64,000 nucleotides of DNA. Source: Roseomonas sp. (GTDB lineage Bacteria; Pseudomonadota; Alphaproteobacteria; Acetobacterales; Acetobacteraceae). Both the position numbers and the translations under genes were made by a program. Below, piece by piece: positions 1 to 9,171 of the stretch (positions within the stretch are counted from its first letter, which is position 1; every line of letters starts with the position of its first letter). The notes beneath the pieces are model-generated. The model was not told where the DNA came from, did not search any database, and worked only from the letters and a program-made list of their open reading frames with translations. The stretch spans positions 20,522 to 84,521 of the forward strand of contig JADCFQ010000020.1 of NCBI GenBank assembly GCA_020249435.1, written 5' to 3'.

Positions 1-49
1 CCAGCCTGTGGCAAGATGGCGGGCGAACCTAGGAACAGGAGTCCCCGCC

Positions 50-466
50 ATGCCCCCCGTGCCCGATATCAGCCCCAAGGATACCTGGGATGCCTTGGCC
101 GCCGATCAGGACGCCGTGCTGATTGATGTGCGCACCGATGCGGAATGGAACTTTGTTGGCCTGCCGGACCTGATGGCACTTGGCAAGCAAGTCGTGCTGA
201 TTCCCTGGCAAATGTATCCCTCCATGCAGGTGAATGGCGGCTTTGCCGAGGATTTGCAGGCGGCGGGGCTGACGCCTGGGCAGAAGCTTTATTTCATCTG
301 CCGGTCGGGGGCGCGGTCTCAATCCGCGGGGCAGGCCGCGCAGGCGGCGGGCTTTGCCCACGCCTTCAATGTGGCGGATGGGTTTGAAGGCCCGGTGGAT
401 GGCGCAGGGCATCGCGGCAGTGCTGCCGGGTGGAAGGCATCCGGCTTGCCCTGGCGGCAGCGCTGA
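50..466 (+). CDS. Rhodanese-like domain sulfurtransferase
   Basis: LIDVRT..EW motif and active-site loop FICRSGARS; AGGAG upstream of ATG 50 (track starts at GTG 8). Confidence 0.85.
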   Translation: MPPVPDISPKDTWDALAADQDAVLIDVRTDAEWNFVGLPDLMALGKQVVLIPWQMYPSMQVNGGFAEDLQAAGLTPGQKLYFICRSGARSQSAGQAAQAAGFAHAFNVADGFEGPVDGAGHRGSAAGWKASGLPWRQR

Positions 467-481
467 ACCACGGCGTATCAG

Positions 482-1393
482 CTAAAAGGCAAAGAGGCTC
501 AGTATATCCTCAAGGCTGGCCGTGCCGGTCAGGATCACATCATCCCCCGCGCCGCCGAAAACGGTGTCATCGCCCCCCCAGACGGTGATGGTGTCATGCC
601 CATCACCACCCCAAGCCAGGTCGCGATCATCCCAGGCGTCAATCACATCATCGCCGACACCGCCTGCCAGCGTGTCATCACCATCGCCACCAATGAGCGT
701 ATCCGCACCATCGCCACCCGAGACACTGTCATTCCCGCGGTCGCTCAGCAGCCAATCATCGCCGGCATCGCCCGCGAGCACATCATCACCATCCTCGCTG
801 GTGACACTGTCATTGCCCGAGCCGCCAAAAATACGGTTGTGGCCAACCCCGCCCAAAAGACTATCGGCGCCATCACCGCCATCCAGCCAATCCTGCCCCT
901 CGGCGCCGAGCAGGGTTTCCGCAGCGGCGCCCGATGATAAGGTGTCATCGCCCGCGCCACCATCAGCGGCGCCGAGCATAACGCCAAGCCGCCCGTCAAA
1001 CAGGTCATCCCCGTCCGCTAGCAGCACCGCGCCTTCGATCAAACCGGCATTATGGACCTGATCCGCATAGGCGCTGCCGGTGATGGCGTAACGCCCATCC
1101 GTGGCATGGCCGCCTTCGGCAAGTGTCAGGAAAAGGCGATTGGTGATGGTGCCCTGGTTGTAAAGTTCAAAGCGCCATTCGGCTGAAATCGCGATATCAG
1201 CGGCGCTGACCACGCCCTGCTGCCACAGGATGCTCGGCGCAATTTCAGGCAGAGCTTGCGCGCCAAATTGCTGCATAGGGGCTTGGGGAGCGGCGAAATG
1301 AATGGCTCTGCCGTAATCCCAATCGCTTTCGAATAGCCCTGAAAGCGAATTGGTCTGTCCGGGGGCGAGAAGCAGCCGCGCGAAATTGATCAT
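482..1393 (-). CDS. RTX/hemolysin-type Ca2+-binding repeat protein
   Basis: Many GGxGxDxL nonapeptides (GGAGDDTL, GGDGADSL, GGSGNDSV, GGDGDDTL) in the C-terminal half; no signal peptide. Confidence 0.85.
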   Translation of the reverse strand: MINFARLLLAPGQTNSLSGLFESDWDYGRAIHFAAPQAPMQQFGAQALPEIAPSILWQQGVVSAADIAISAEWRFELYNQGTITNRLFLTLAEGGHATDGRYAITGSAYADQVHNAGLIEGAVLLADGDDLFDGRLGVMLGAADGGAGDDTLSSGAAAETLLGAEGQDWLDGGDGADSLLGGVGHNRIFGGSGNDSVTSEDGDDVLAGDAGDDWLLSDRGNDSVSGGDGADTLIGGDGDDTLAGGVGDDVIDAWDDRDLAWGGDGHDTITVWGGDDTVFGGAGDDVILTGTASLEDILSLFAF

Positions 1394-1693
1394 GGAACAC
1401 CCGCATGGCGGCCGGCCTGTCCCGAACCGGGGCGGCAGCCTTCACTGGGTGGGACCAGGATTGTCACGAATGGCTCCTTGAGCGTGTTATTCAGATGTCA
1501 TTAACATTCTTTGAAAAGAGATAAAAAACAAGCCTAAAATTCAATGCATCATTAAATATTTGGTCGGCCATAAACCTGAAGTTGAAAGTATTTTCTCCAT
1601 CTCGACTGTGGCGGTTTTCGATGCCTGCTGCGCTGCCCCTCCCTGGCAAAGCGCAGGCCGCCGAGGCATCATGTACCGGAAGGAGAAACGCCC

Positions 1694-2161
1694 ATGACCC
1701 CATTGCCCCTGCAATCCGAATATATGTTCCGCATGACGCTTGGCGTCGGCACCCCGCAAATGATCGGTGCGACTCGCAATGGCGAACTCCGCATCGTGCC
1801 GGTGACGGGTGGCACGGTTGTGGGGCCGAAGCTCACTGGCGAAATCATGCCGGGATCGGCGGCGGATTGGCTGCGCGTGGACCCCGATGGCTCGGCGCAG
1901 ATTGATGTGCGGCTGACCATTCGCGCTGCCTCCGGCAGCATGGTCTATGCCGCCTATAATGGCATTCGCCATGGCTCACCGGCAGCGCTGGCGAGGCTCG
2001 CGGCGGGTGAAACCCTTGACCCTTCCGAGATCTATTTTCGCACGCTGATCCGCTTTGAAACCGGCGCGGCTGATCTGGCTTGGATGAACAAGATCGTGGC
2101 TGTCGGTGTGGGCCAGCGCCCGCCAAGCGGGCCATGTTATGATGTCTACGCGGTGAAATAG
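1694..2161 (+). CDS. DUF3237-family protein
   Basis: 155 aa with LRIVPVTGG-x-V-x-GPKL-x-GEI-x-PG-x-AADW and YFRT-x-x-RFETG motifs; AGGAGA RBS. Confidence 0.75.
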   Translation: MTPLPLQSEYMFRMTLGVGTPQMIGATRNGELRIVPVTGGTVVGPKLTGEIMPGSAADWLRVDPDGSAQIDVRLTIRAASGSMVYAAYNGIRHGSPAALARLAAGETLDPSEIYFRTLIRFETGAADLAWMNKIVAVGVGQRPPSGPCYDVYAVK

Positions 2162-2172
2162 GCGGCGCCCCG

Positions 2173-2847
2173 TCAGCGCCGCGCGGCCAATTGCTTATTT
2201 TCAAGCCGGCTGAGCAAGCGCACCACGGGCCAAAGCAGAATAAAGTAAATGATCGCCGCCGCAACAATCGGCGATGCGTTATAGGTGACACTTTGCGCCT
2301 GCCGCGCCTGGAACAGCAATTCGGGCAGCGCTACGACTGATGCGATGGAGGTAAGCTTCACCACCTCCAGCGTATTGGAAATGAGATCAGGCAGCACATT
2401 GCGCACGGCCTGGGGCAACACAATGAAGCGCATGGTCTGCGCCGAAGTCAGCCCCGTGCTGCGTGCGGCTTCCACCTGGCCGCGGGGGACGCTTTCAATG
2501 CCGGCGCGCAGAATCTCGCCGTAATAGGCGCCAGTGTTCAGGAAAAACCCAATCGCCACCGCGCTCCAGGCGCTGATCTCGAGGCCCAGAAACGGCAGGC
2601 CGGCGAAGATAAAAATCAGCAGCACCAAAGGCGGCAAGGCGCGAAATGTATCCACCCAAACCCGGAGCGGCCAGCGCACCCAGGCATGGGGCAGGGTGGA
2701 CAGCACCGCCAGAATAATCCCCCCCAAAAGCCCGAGCGGCACCACCAGCAGCGACAGCAACAATGTGGCACGCAGCCCCTGCCAAAGAATGGGGGAGGCC
2801 TCGCGCATGATCTCCCAATTCAGAAAGGCTTCAAGGAAATCCTGCAT
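2173..2847 (-). CDS. Polar amino acid ABC transporter permease
   Basis: EAA motif (GQVEAARSTGLT), FRALPPLV, hydrophobic helices; operon context. Confidence 0.9.
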   Translation of the reverse strand: MQDFLEAFLNWEIMREASPILWQGLRATLLLSLLVVPLGLLGGIILAVLSTLPHAWVRWPLRVWVDTFRALPPLVLLIFIFAGLPFLGLEISAWSAVAIGFFLNTGAYYGEILRAGIESVPRGQVEAARSTGLTSAQTMRFIVLPQAVRNVLPDLISNTLEVVKLTSIASVVALPELLFQARQAQSVTYNASPIVAAAIIYFILLWPVVRLLSRLENKQLAARR

Positions 2848-2849
2848 GC

Positions 2850-3530
2850 TCAGCGCTTCCAGGCAAAGCGCGTTTCAATCCAGCGGCCCAGCAGGACCAC
2901 GGGAAAGAACAGCACCAGATAGGCCAGCGCGCCGAGTGTCAGCGGCGATGGGTTGAAGGAATGGGAAAGCCCGGAACTCGCCGCGCCCAGAATATCCGGC
3001 ACCGCCACCACGGAAGCGAGCGCCGTGCCCTTGGTAATCGCAATGGTGCGGTTCGTCAGCGGCGGAATGGTGAGCCGTAGCGCCTGCGGCAGCACCACAT
3101 AGCCCAGCGCTTGCAGGAAATTGAGCCCCGTGGAGCGCGCCGCTTCCCATTGCCCCTTTGGCACGCTGGTAATGCCGGCCCAGAAAATCTCCTCCGAAAA
3201 CGCCATCAGCACCAAAGTCAGCGCAAGCCAGGCAGAGGCAAAGCCGGAAAGCTCCATCCCCATGCTGGGCAGGCCAAAGAATAGCAGCACGATGATGACG
3301 AGCGGCGGCAGAGCGCGGAACAAATCCACCAGAAAAATAATCAGCCAATTGAGCGGCCGTACCTGAAGCGCACGCAGCACCGCCAGCGCAAGCCCAGCGA
3401 TCAACCCGGCGGCGATGATGCAAAGGGCGAGTACAATCGTCAGCCCAAAGCCTTCAATGATCTTCGGCAGGTATTGCGCCATGACGCGCGCATTGAAGAA
3501 GCTGTCGGTAAAGCGTTCCCAGCCGGTCAT
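2850..3530 (-). CDS. Polar amino acid ABC transporter permease
   Basis: EAA motif (GQWEAARSTGLN); paralogue of the neighbouring permease. Confidence 0.9.
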   Translation of the reverse strand: MTGWERFTDSFFNARVMAQYLPKIIEGFGLTIVLALCIIAAGLIAGLALAVLRALQVRPLNWLIIFLVDLFRALPPLVIIVLLFFGLPSMGMELSGFASAWLALTLVLMAFSEEIFWAGITSVPKGQWEAARSTGLNFLQALGYVVLPQALRLTIPPLTNRTIAITKGTALASVVAVPDILGAASSGLSHSFNPSPLTLGALAYLVLFFPVVLLGRWIETRFAWKR

Positions 3531-3536
3531 GATGGC

Positions 3537-4283
3537 TCAGTGCCGCTCAACCTGGCTGATGAAGGCGCGGAGCCTCTCATGGCGCGGTGCGCTGAAAATT
3601 TCGGCCGGTGGGCCTTGTTCCAGAATCTCGCCATCGGCCATGAAGACCACGCGATCCGCGGCGGCGCGGGCGAAGCTCATTTCATGGCTGACCACCACCA
3701 TGGTCATGCCGTCTTCGCGCAATTCGCGCATCACCGCCAGAACGCCGCCGACCAATTCCGGGTCAAGCGCGCTGGTCGGTTCATCAAACAGCATGACGCG
3801 CGGTTCAAGCGCGATGGACCGCGCAATGGCAACGCGCTGCTGCTGACCGCCGGAAAGCTGATTGGGGTAATGATCCGCACGATCCGCCAGATGCACGCGA
3901 TCCAAAGCGCGCTGCGCCCGTGCTTCGGCTTCTGCCTTGTCCAGCCCCTGCACCTTGCGGAGTGCGAGCATGACATTCCCAAGCGCCGTCATATGCGGAT
4001 AGAGGTTGAAGGATTGGAACACCATGCCAATCCGCTGCCGCGCCTTGTTGATATCCGTGCGCGCATCCAACATGTCTATGCCATCAACGATGATGGAACC
4101 GCTTGATGGTTCCTCCAACCGGTTCAGGCAGCGCAGCAGGGTGGATTTGCCGGACCCGGATGGCCCGATCACGAAGACAAGCTGGCGTTCTTCCACCGTG
4201 AAATCCACGCCCCGCAACACATGCAGGGCGCCGAAATGCTTATGGATGGCGCGCGCTTCAATAATGGGGCGGGCGGGGGTCAT
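3537..4283 (-). CDS. Polar amino acid ABC transporter ATP-binding protein (GlnQ-like)
   Basis: Walker A GPSGSGKS, signature LSGGQQQR, Walker B MLFDEPT; start could be 4283 or 4298. Confidence 0.92.
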   Translation of the reverse strand: MTPARPIIEARAIHKHFGALHVLRGVDFTVEERQLVFVIGPSGSGKSTLLRCLNRLEEPSSGSIIVDGIDMLDARTDINKARQRIGMVFQSFNLYPHMTALGNVMLALRKVQGLDKAEAEARAQRALDRVHLADRADHYPNQLSGGQQQRVAIARSIALEPRVMLFDEPTSALDPELVGGVLAVMRELREDGMTMVVVSHEMSFARAAADRVVFMADGEILEQGPPAEIFSAPRHERLRAFISQVERH

Positions 4284-4311
4284 GCCCGCCGCGCCCATAC
4301 GTTAAACGGCA

Positions 4312-5148
4312 TCAGCAGCGCGGATTCTGCGGCGTCGGGTCATAGCCCGGTAGATCGGGCGGACCATAGCCCGGGAATTCCATCACCTCTGCCTGATCCG
4401 GGCCCGGACGATTGCCAAACCATTTTTCGGAAAGCGTCGCAATGGTGCCATCGCGCTTCATGCAGGTCAGCACATCTTCCACCTGGTTGCGCATGGCGGC
4501 GCTATCCTTGCGGAAGGGTGTACCCCAATGCATGCGCGTACCGGGGAGCACGAAATCCGCGATGTATTGCGGCGTGCGAGACGCTGAATACCGCACCACC
4601 GTATTGCCGGACAGGTTGGCATAGGCGCGACCCTGGATCACCGCCTGCACCGCATCGGGCTGCGTATCAAAGGCAAGCAGGGTCAGGTTCAGGCGCTGCG
4701 CATTGGCCGTAACCCAGTTTTCATAGGGCGTGCCCTTGTTCACGCTGATGGTCTTGCCGCGCAGATCTTCCTCGGACTTGATCGGCGGCGTGCCGCGGCG
4801 GATGCCGAACTGCAATTCGGTCCAGATATAGCCTTCGGTGAACAGCAGCGCTTCGGCACGCGCCGGCGTGACCGTGGTCGGTGCGCAAAGGAAGTCGTAG
4901 CGCCCCGCATTCATGGCCGGAATAAGGCCGGAGAAGGACGCGCTTTCGATCACAATCTCCCGCCCCATCCGCTTCGCGACTTCGCGGAACAGGTCAATCT
5001 GGAACCCCTGCACGCCCCCCTGGAGCGAGGGGAAGGCATGGGGGGCGAAAGTGCCATCAACGCCGCAGCGGAGCGGCGGTTGCCCCTGGGCCAGGGCAGG
5101 GCCGGCAAGGGCAGCGGAAAGCAAGGCAGCGGCCAGGAAACGGCGCAT
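4312..5148 (-). CDS. Amino acid ABC transporter substrate-binding protein (SBP_bac_3 type)
   Basis: Signal peptide, GFQIDL, FSGLIPAM..GRYD; strong AAGGAGG RBS. Confidence 0.9.
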   Translation of the reverse strand: MRRFLAAALLSAALAGPALAQGQPPLRCGVDGTFAPHAFPSLQGGVQGFQIDLFREVAKRMGREIVIESASFSGLIPAMNAGRYDFLCAPTTVTPARAEALLFTEGYIWTELQFGIRRGTPPIKSEEDLRGKTISVNKGTPYENWVTANAQRLNLTLLAFDTQPDAVQAVIQGRAYANLSGNTVVRYSASRTPQYIADFVLPGTRMHWGTPFRKDSAAMRNQVEDVLTCMKRDGTIATLSEKWFGNRPGPDQAEVMEFPGYGPPDLPGYDPTPQNPRC

Positions 5149-5303
5149 GGGAACCTCCTTTTTTATGCATTCGGACTGGAGGACACTCTCAGATGTGGGG
5201 GCTTCTGTCCATGGCGGCTTGCCACGAAACTGCCTTGCTCTGGTCGCGCTGCTGCCCCGCTGGGCAGGTTTAAGAAAAGCCTGAACGATACGTGAGCAGG
5301 TAG

Positions 5304-5489
5304 ATGTTTGCCCTTGGATTGATTGGTGCTGGTGTGCTGTGTGATCTGGTGCTGGTAGCGCTTTTGCTGGGCGATGCCACGGCGCCAGCGCGTTTTTCGC
5401 ATGCTGCGGTGGCGCTGCTGGCGCTCTGCGGTGGTGGGTTGAAGCTTGGCGGCATGATGCTTTTGGAACCGCGCCGCCGGGCGGGGTGA
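5304..5489 (+). CDS. Small hypothetical membrane protein
   Basis: 61 aa with two hydrophobic stretches and a basic C-terminus; fills the gap between two minus-strand genes. Confidence 0.4.
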   Translation: MFALGLIGAGVLCDLVLVALLLGDATAPARFSHAAVALLALCGGGLKLGGMMLLEPRRRAG

Positions 5490-5503
5490 GGGGGTGCCCC
5501 GCG

Positions 5504-7642
5504 TCACAATTTGGCGAATTGATCCTTGAGGAACGCGTCCAAGGCCACGATCAGGCTTTTATCCGCGTAAAGCGCTTCCTTCCGCTGACCCAATTCTTCG
5601 CGCATGGCCTGGCGGCGTTCCGACTCCTGCCCCAGGGCAATAAGCTTCTGCACCATCTCATTCGTATCGCGCGCGATGGCGGATGGCATGCCCATCATTT
5701 GGAACATGGCATAGCTATGCCGCCCCCGCATGAAGGCGCCAGGGCAGGTAATGAGCGGCACGCCCGCTTCAGTGGCGCCGAGGGTGGTATTGCCGCCGCT
5801 CCAACCCAGTGAATCCACCAGCACATCCATCTGCCGCGTGAGGGCATCGAATTCTGCGCCATTCATGCGGGGCAGGAAAACCACATGCTCGGCGGCTGAA
5901 AGCCCCACCTTGGCGAAGGCGGCATCCAGGCGGGTGCGGGTAATGCCGGTCATATGCGGCGACATGCCTTCAATGAAGACGAACAGCGCCTTTGGCACCT
6001 CGGCCGCGATGCGCGGCAGAATGTCATCATAGCGCGGCAGGTATTTGAACAGCGATTGCAGGCAGCCATAAAGCACGCGCCCTTCGGGCAGCGGAAAATC
6101 CTTGGTCAGCGGCGCCGTGTTTCCAGGCTCCAAGTAAAGCGCCAGATTGGGCAGGCGGATTAGTTTCTCCGAATAATGCGAAGCGGCATCATCCGGTTCC
6201 ATCAGATCGCTCGATAAATAGAAATCCATCGCCGGCGAACCGCTGGTGACGGGGTGGCCCCAGGCGGTGAATTGAATGGGCGCGATGCGATGCAAGGAAA
6301 GAATGCGGCTTGAAGGTGTCATGCCGATATCGGGCAGCATGAGGAAATCCAGATCATCGGCACGCATGGCGGCGATGGTCTTGGCCAGGCTGCCCGCATC
6401 AAAGGAAAGCCGCCGATGTGTGCCCAATTCAGCAAAACCATCGGAAACATCATCATGTAGGCCGTGAAAGGCGTAAGAAAAGAACTGATAATCCGGCGGC
6501 AGATGCTTGAGCCAGGGCAGCGCCCAGCTTGATCCGTTATGGCGATAGAGATTTTCTGAAGCGATACCGAAACGGATGGGGCCTGGCTTGCGCGGTCCCT
6601 CTCGCGCTGGGCGATCAGGGATGGCCAGCATGTGCGTGAGGCAATCGGAAAGAAGCCGGTTCGGCTCAATATCGTTTTCCTGCTGATACGCGATGTAGAA
6701 GCCGTGTGAGCCATAAGCGACGGCCTTGAAGGCCGCCGATGCGGCGGCGCTCCGCGGGCAATCTTCAGCAAGCAGGTCATGAGCCCGGTGCAGTTCAGCG
6801 AGAAGTTCCCTACGCCTTTCACTGATTTCTGCCTCACTGTCATAAATGGCGGGTAGCAGATTTGCGGTATTCACTGCTGTACAGATTGCTTGGATGCGGT
6901 CTGCCTTTTTTTCTGTGGCAGTCATCAGTGTGATAGAACGCCTGAGTGCAATATCCGCTTCCTTCCTTCGGCCAAGCGCCCCCCAGGCTTGCCCCAGAAG
7001 CTTCTGCGGTTGTGGGTCATTCGGGCGGAGAGCAAGGGCGTTTTCGAAAGCTGTCAGTGCGTCCTCTGGCTTGCTCAATTCAAGCAAAATCTCGCCCTTG
7101 CGGAAATAAGCGGTGTGGTAATCGGGGCGTAACGCCAGGGCCTTGTCCAGGGCTTGCAGCGCAGCATGATATTCATGCCCGTCATAAAGTAAGGAAGCGT
7201 AATTGGCGTGGATCAGCGCATTGTCCGGTTGCAGCGCGATGGCGCGATGATAGCTTTCTCGTGCTTCCTTTGGGCGCTTTGCCTCTCGCAGCAAATTCGC
7301 GCGATTATGATGCGCGCTGGCGAAATCTGGCTTGGCCGCGATGGCTTTATCGAAACATTCCAGGGCTTCGTCGGTTTGCTCCAATTTTTGATACGCAATC
7401 CCGAGATTCGTCAGCACCGGTGCGTCATTGCCGCGCAGCGCCAAGGCGCGCCGGATCAGCTTGACCGCATCGCGATAGGCTTCCTGCTGCAAGGCCACCA
7501 CGCCACAAAGCTGCAGCGCGTTGAAGTTGCGCGGATCGCGCGCGATGATGCTTTCATATTTACGCCGCGCCTCCTTGAAATTGCCCTGCTGTTGCAAGGC
7601 AAGTGCGGCTTGCAGCATGGCAGCATGCGGGTCAGCCGCCAT
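5504..7642 (-). CDS. TPR-containing O-GlcNAc-transferase-like (GT41/SPINDLY family) protein
   Basis: About 7 N-terminal TPRs; C-terminal GT41-type motifs IQFTAWGHPVTSG, DFYLSSDLMEP, EKLIRLP, SGGNTT..GVPLIT. Confidence 0.8.
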   Translation of the reverse strand: MAADPHAAMLQAALALQQQGNFKEARRKYESIIARDPRNFNALQLCGVVALQQEAYRDAVKLIRRALALRGNDAPVLTNLGIAYQKLEQTDEALECFDKAIAAKPDFASAHHNRANLLREAKRPKEARESYHRAIALQPDNALIHANYASLLYDGHEYHAALQALDKALALRPDYHTAYFRKGEILLELSKPEDALTAFENALALRPNDPQPQKLLGQAWGALGRRKEADIALRRSITLMTATEKKADRIQAICTAVNTANLLPAIYDSEAEISERRRELLAELHRAHDLLAEDCPRSAAASAAFKAVAYGSHGFYIAYQQENDIEPNRLLSDCLTHMLAIPDRPAREGPRKPGPIRFGIASENLYRHNGSSWALPWLKHLPPDYQFFSYAFHGLHDDVSDGFAELGTHRRLSFDAGSLAKTIAAMRADDLDFLMLPDIGMTPSSRILSLHRIAPIQFTAWGHPVTSGSPAMDFYLSSDLMEPDDAASHYSEKLIRLPNLALYLEPGNTAPLTKDFPLPEGRVLYGCLQSLFKYLPRYDDILPRIAAEVPKALFVFIEGMSPHMTGITRTRLDAAFAKVGLSAAEHVVFLPRMNGAEFDALTRQMDVLVDSLGWSGGNTTLGATEAGVPLITCPGAFMRGRHSYAMFQMMGMPSAIARDTNEMVQKLIALGQESERRQAMREELGQRKEALYADKSLIVALDAFLKDQFAKL

Positions 7643-8341
7643 TCAACGCTCCACCCGCCTGTCATCCATGCCGCGAAACACGATCAACTCGCGCTTGGCA
7701 CGCTCCGCTTCGGGCAGCGCAAGCCAGGCCAAAAACTCCCCCATCACCCGCGCCGTGATGGTCGCGACATTATGGGCATGCGCCGCTTCCGGGCTGTACC
7801 AGCCAAGCTTTTCCAATTCGCCCGAACCTTTTATCTCCCCATGCACCGCTTCCGCCGGCGCCACCAAAAACCGCGCATGAAAGCGAATGGGCCGGCCCGT
7901 TGGCGTAATGGCGCGGCACAAATAATCCAAGGCGCCGAGCGCCGCCGCGACACCATCACCGCGCTTTTCGCCTAAAACGAGCCCGGTTTCCTCAAACAAT
8001 TCCCGCGCTGCTGCAATGCCAAGCGCGCGCGCCCGCGCTGGCGTCGCGCGCCGTTCCAGCAAGCGCCTGGGCTCCGCACGTAGCTCACTGATCGCAGGGC
8101 CGCGATGATCATCAGGATCAACGCGCCCACCGGGAAAGACCATCACATCAGGCATGAAGCGATGCCCGGCATGGCGCTTGCCCATCAGCAATTCTGGCCC
8201 TTTGCGGCTTTGGCGCCAGACAATCAGGCTGGAAGCATCGCGCGGGCGCGCGGTGCGGGCGCGCGGGCTCCGCTTGCCTTCAGCATCGGCACCACCGGGA
8301 TTATCGGCGGTCGGGTCTTCGCGACGCGGGCGGTCAGTCAA
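7643..8341 (-). CDS. NUDIX hydrolase
   Basis: FPGGRVD...AAARELFEETG Nudix box; probable TTG start at 8341 overlapping the nitroreductase stop (track extends to 8503). Confidence 0.85.
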   Translation of the reverse strand: MTDRPRREDPTADNPGGADAEGKRSPRARTARPRDASSLIVWRQSRKGPELLMGKRHAGHRFMPDVMVFPGGRVDPDDHRGPAISELRAEPRRLLERRATPARARALGIAAARELFEETGLVLGEKRGDGVAAALGALDYLCRAITPTGRPIRFHARFLVAPAEAVHGEIKGSGELEKLGWYSPEAAHAHNVATITARVMGEFLAWLALPEAERAKRELIVFRGMDDRRVER

Positions 8342-9146
8342 GGTCAAACCCCCGGCTCCGCAACCAGGCGCGGAAGCCAAAGCGCTCCGGCACCGATAAT
8401 TGACGCGCGGCGTTTTCGGACCAGGTGCAGCCTTCCGGCGCCGGCCCATGGATTTCCGGATAGCGCGGCTTTTGCCGAGGGCGCAGCGCATCATAAGCGT
8501 CAATGGCTTCCGCTTCCGCCGCGCTGGAATAGGCTTCGCGATGGATCACGACAGATGGCGGCAGGCGCTGCGTGATGTCATTGCGCGCTGCCGGCCAGCC
8601 GAGTGAAAGCCCCGCCACCGGATAAACCCCTTTCGGCAGCGCAAACAAAGGTGCCACTTTTTCGATATGGCTGCGCACATAGGAAATGGGGCAGGTGCCG
8701 AGCCCCGCTGCCTCAGCCGCCGCAATCGTGGCACCAAGCGCCAATGCCGCATCCACCGCCGTATTCAGGAAAGTGTCCATATTGTTGTTGGCGTGTTCGT
8801 GCCCATGGCGCGCGCAAGCGGCCTGGCCGCGCCGCATATCGCCGCAGAAAATCAGCAGCACCGGCGCATCCTTGATCCAGGGCATGGTGCCGATCCAATC
8901 GGCAACCTTGGCGATCTTTACCGGATCACGCGTCACGATGATCGAATATTGCTGCAAATCGGATTTGGAAGGTGCTGATTGCCCCGCCGCCAATACCGTA
9001 TCCAATAGCGCATCAGTCACTGCCTCAGCGGCATAGCGGCGCGTCACGCGCCGATCCAATAGCGCCGCAAGCGCGGGCGGAATCGCCTCGGGCGGGGTGA
9101 AGGGCAGGGCGCCGTAGCGGGCGCGGATCAGGTCTTCGGGCTTCAT
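8334..9146 (-). CDS. NfsA/Frp-like nitroreductase (flavin reductase)
   Basis: RRVTRRY, SAPSKSDLQQYSII, GLGTCPIS, RLP motifs; start MKPED at 9146. Confidence 0.85.
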   Translation of the reverse strand: MKPEDLIRARYGALPFTPPEAIPPALAALLDRRVTRRYAAEAVTDALLDTVLAAGQSAPSKSDLQQYSIIVTRDPVKIAKVADWIGTMPWIKDAPVLLIFCGDMRRGQAACARHGHEHANNNMDTFLNTAVDAALALGATIAAAEAAGLGTCPISYVRSHIEKVAPLFALPKGVYPVAGLSLGWPAARNDITQRLPPSVVIHREAYSSAAEAEAIDAYDALRPRQKPRYPEIHGPAPEGCTWSENAARQLSVPERFGFRAWLRSRGFDLD

Positions 9147-9171
9147 CACGCCAAACTGGCACCGCGCGGCA

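Noticed and set aside
522-1061. Ser/Pro-rich 179-aa plus-strand ORF
   Set aside because: Antisense of the Gly/Asp RTX repeats.
1501-1515. TTAA-N7-TGAA near-match to a CtrA box upstream of the RTX gene
   Set aside because: One mismatch in an AT-rich tract where such matches arise by chance; no supporting second site.
5149-5300. Possible amino-acid riboswitch upstream of the ABC binding protein
   Set aside because: No glycine, lysine, SAM or T-box consensus recognisable.
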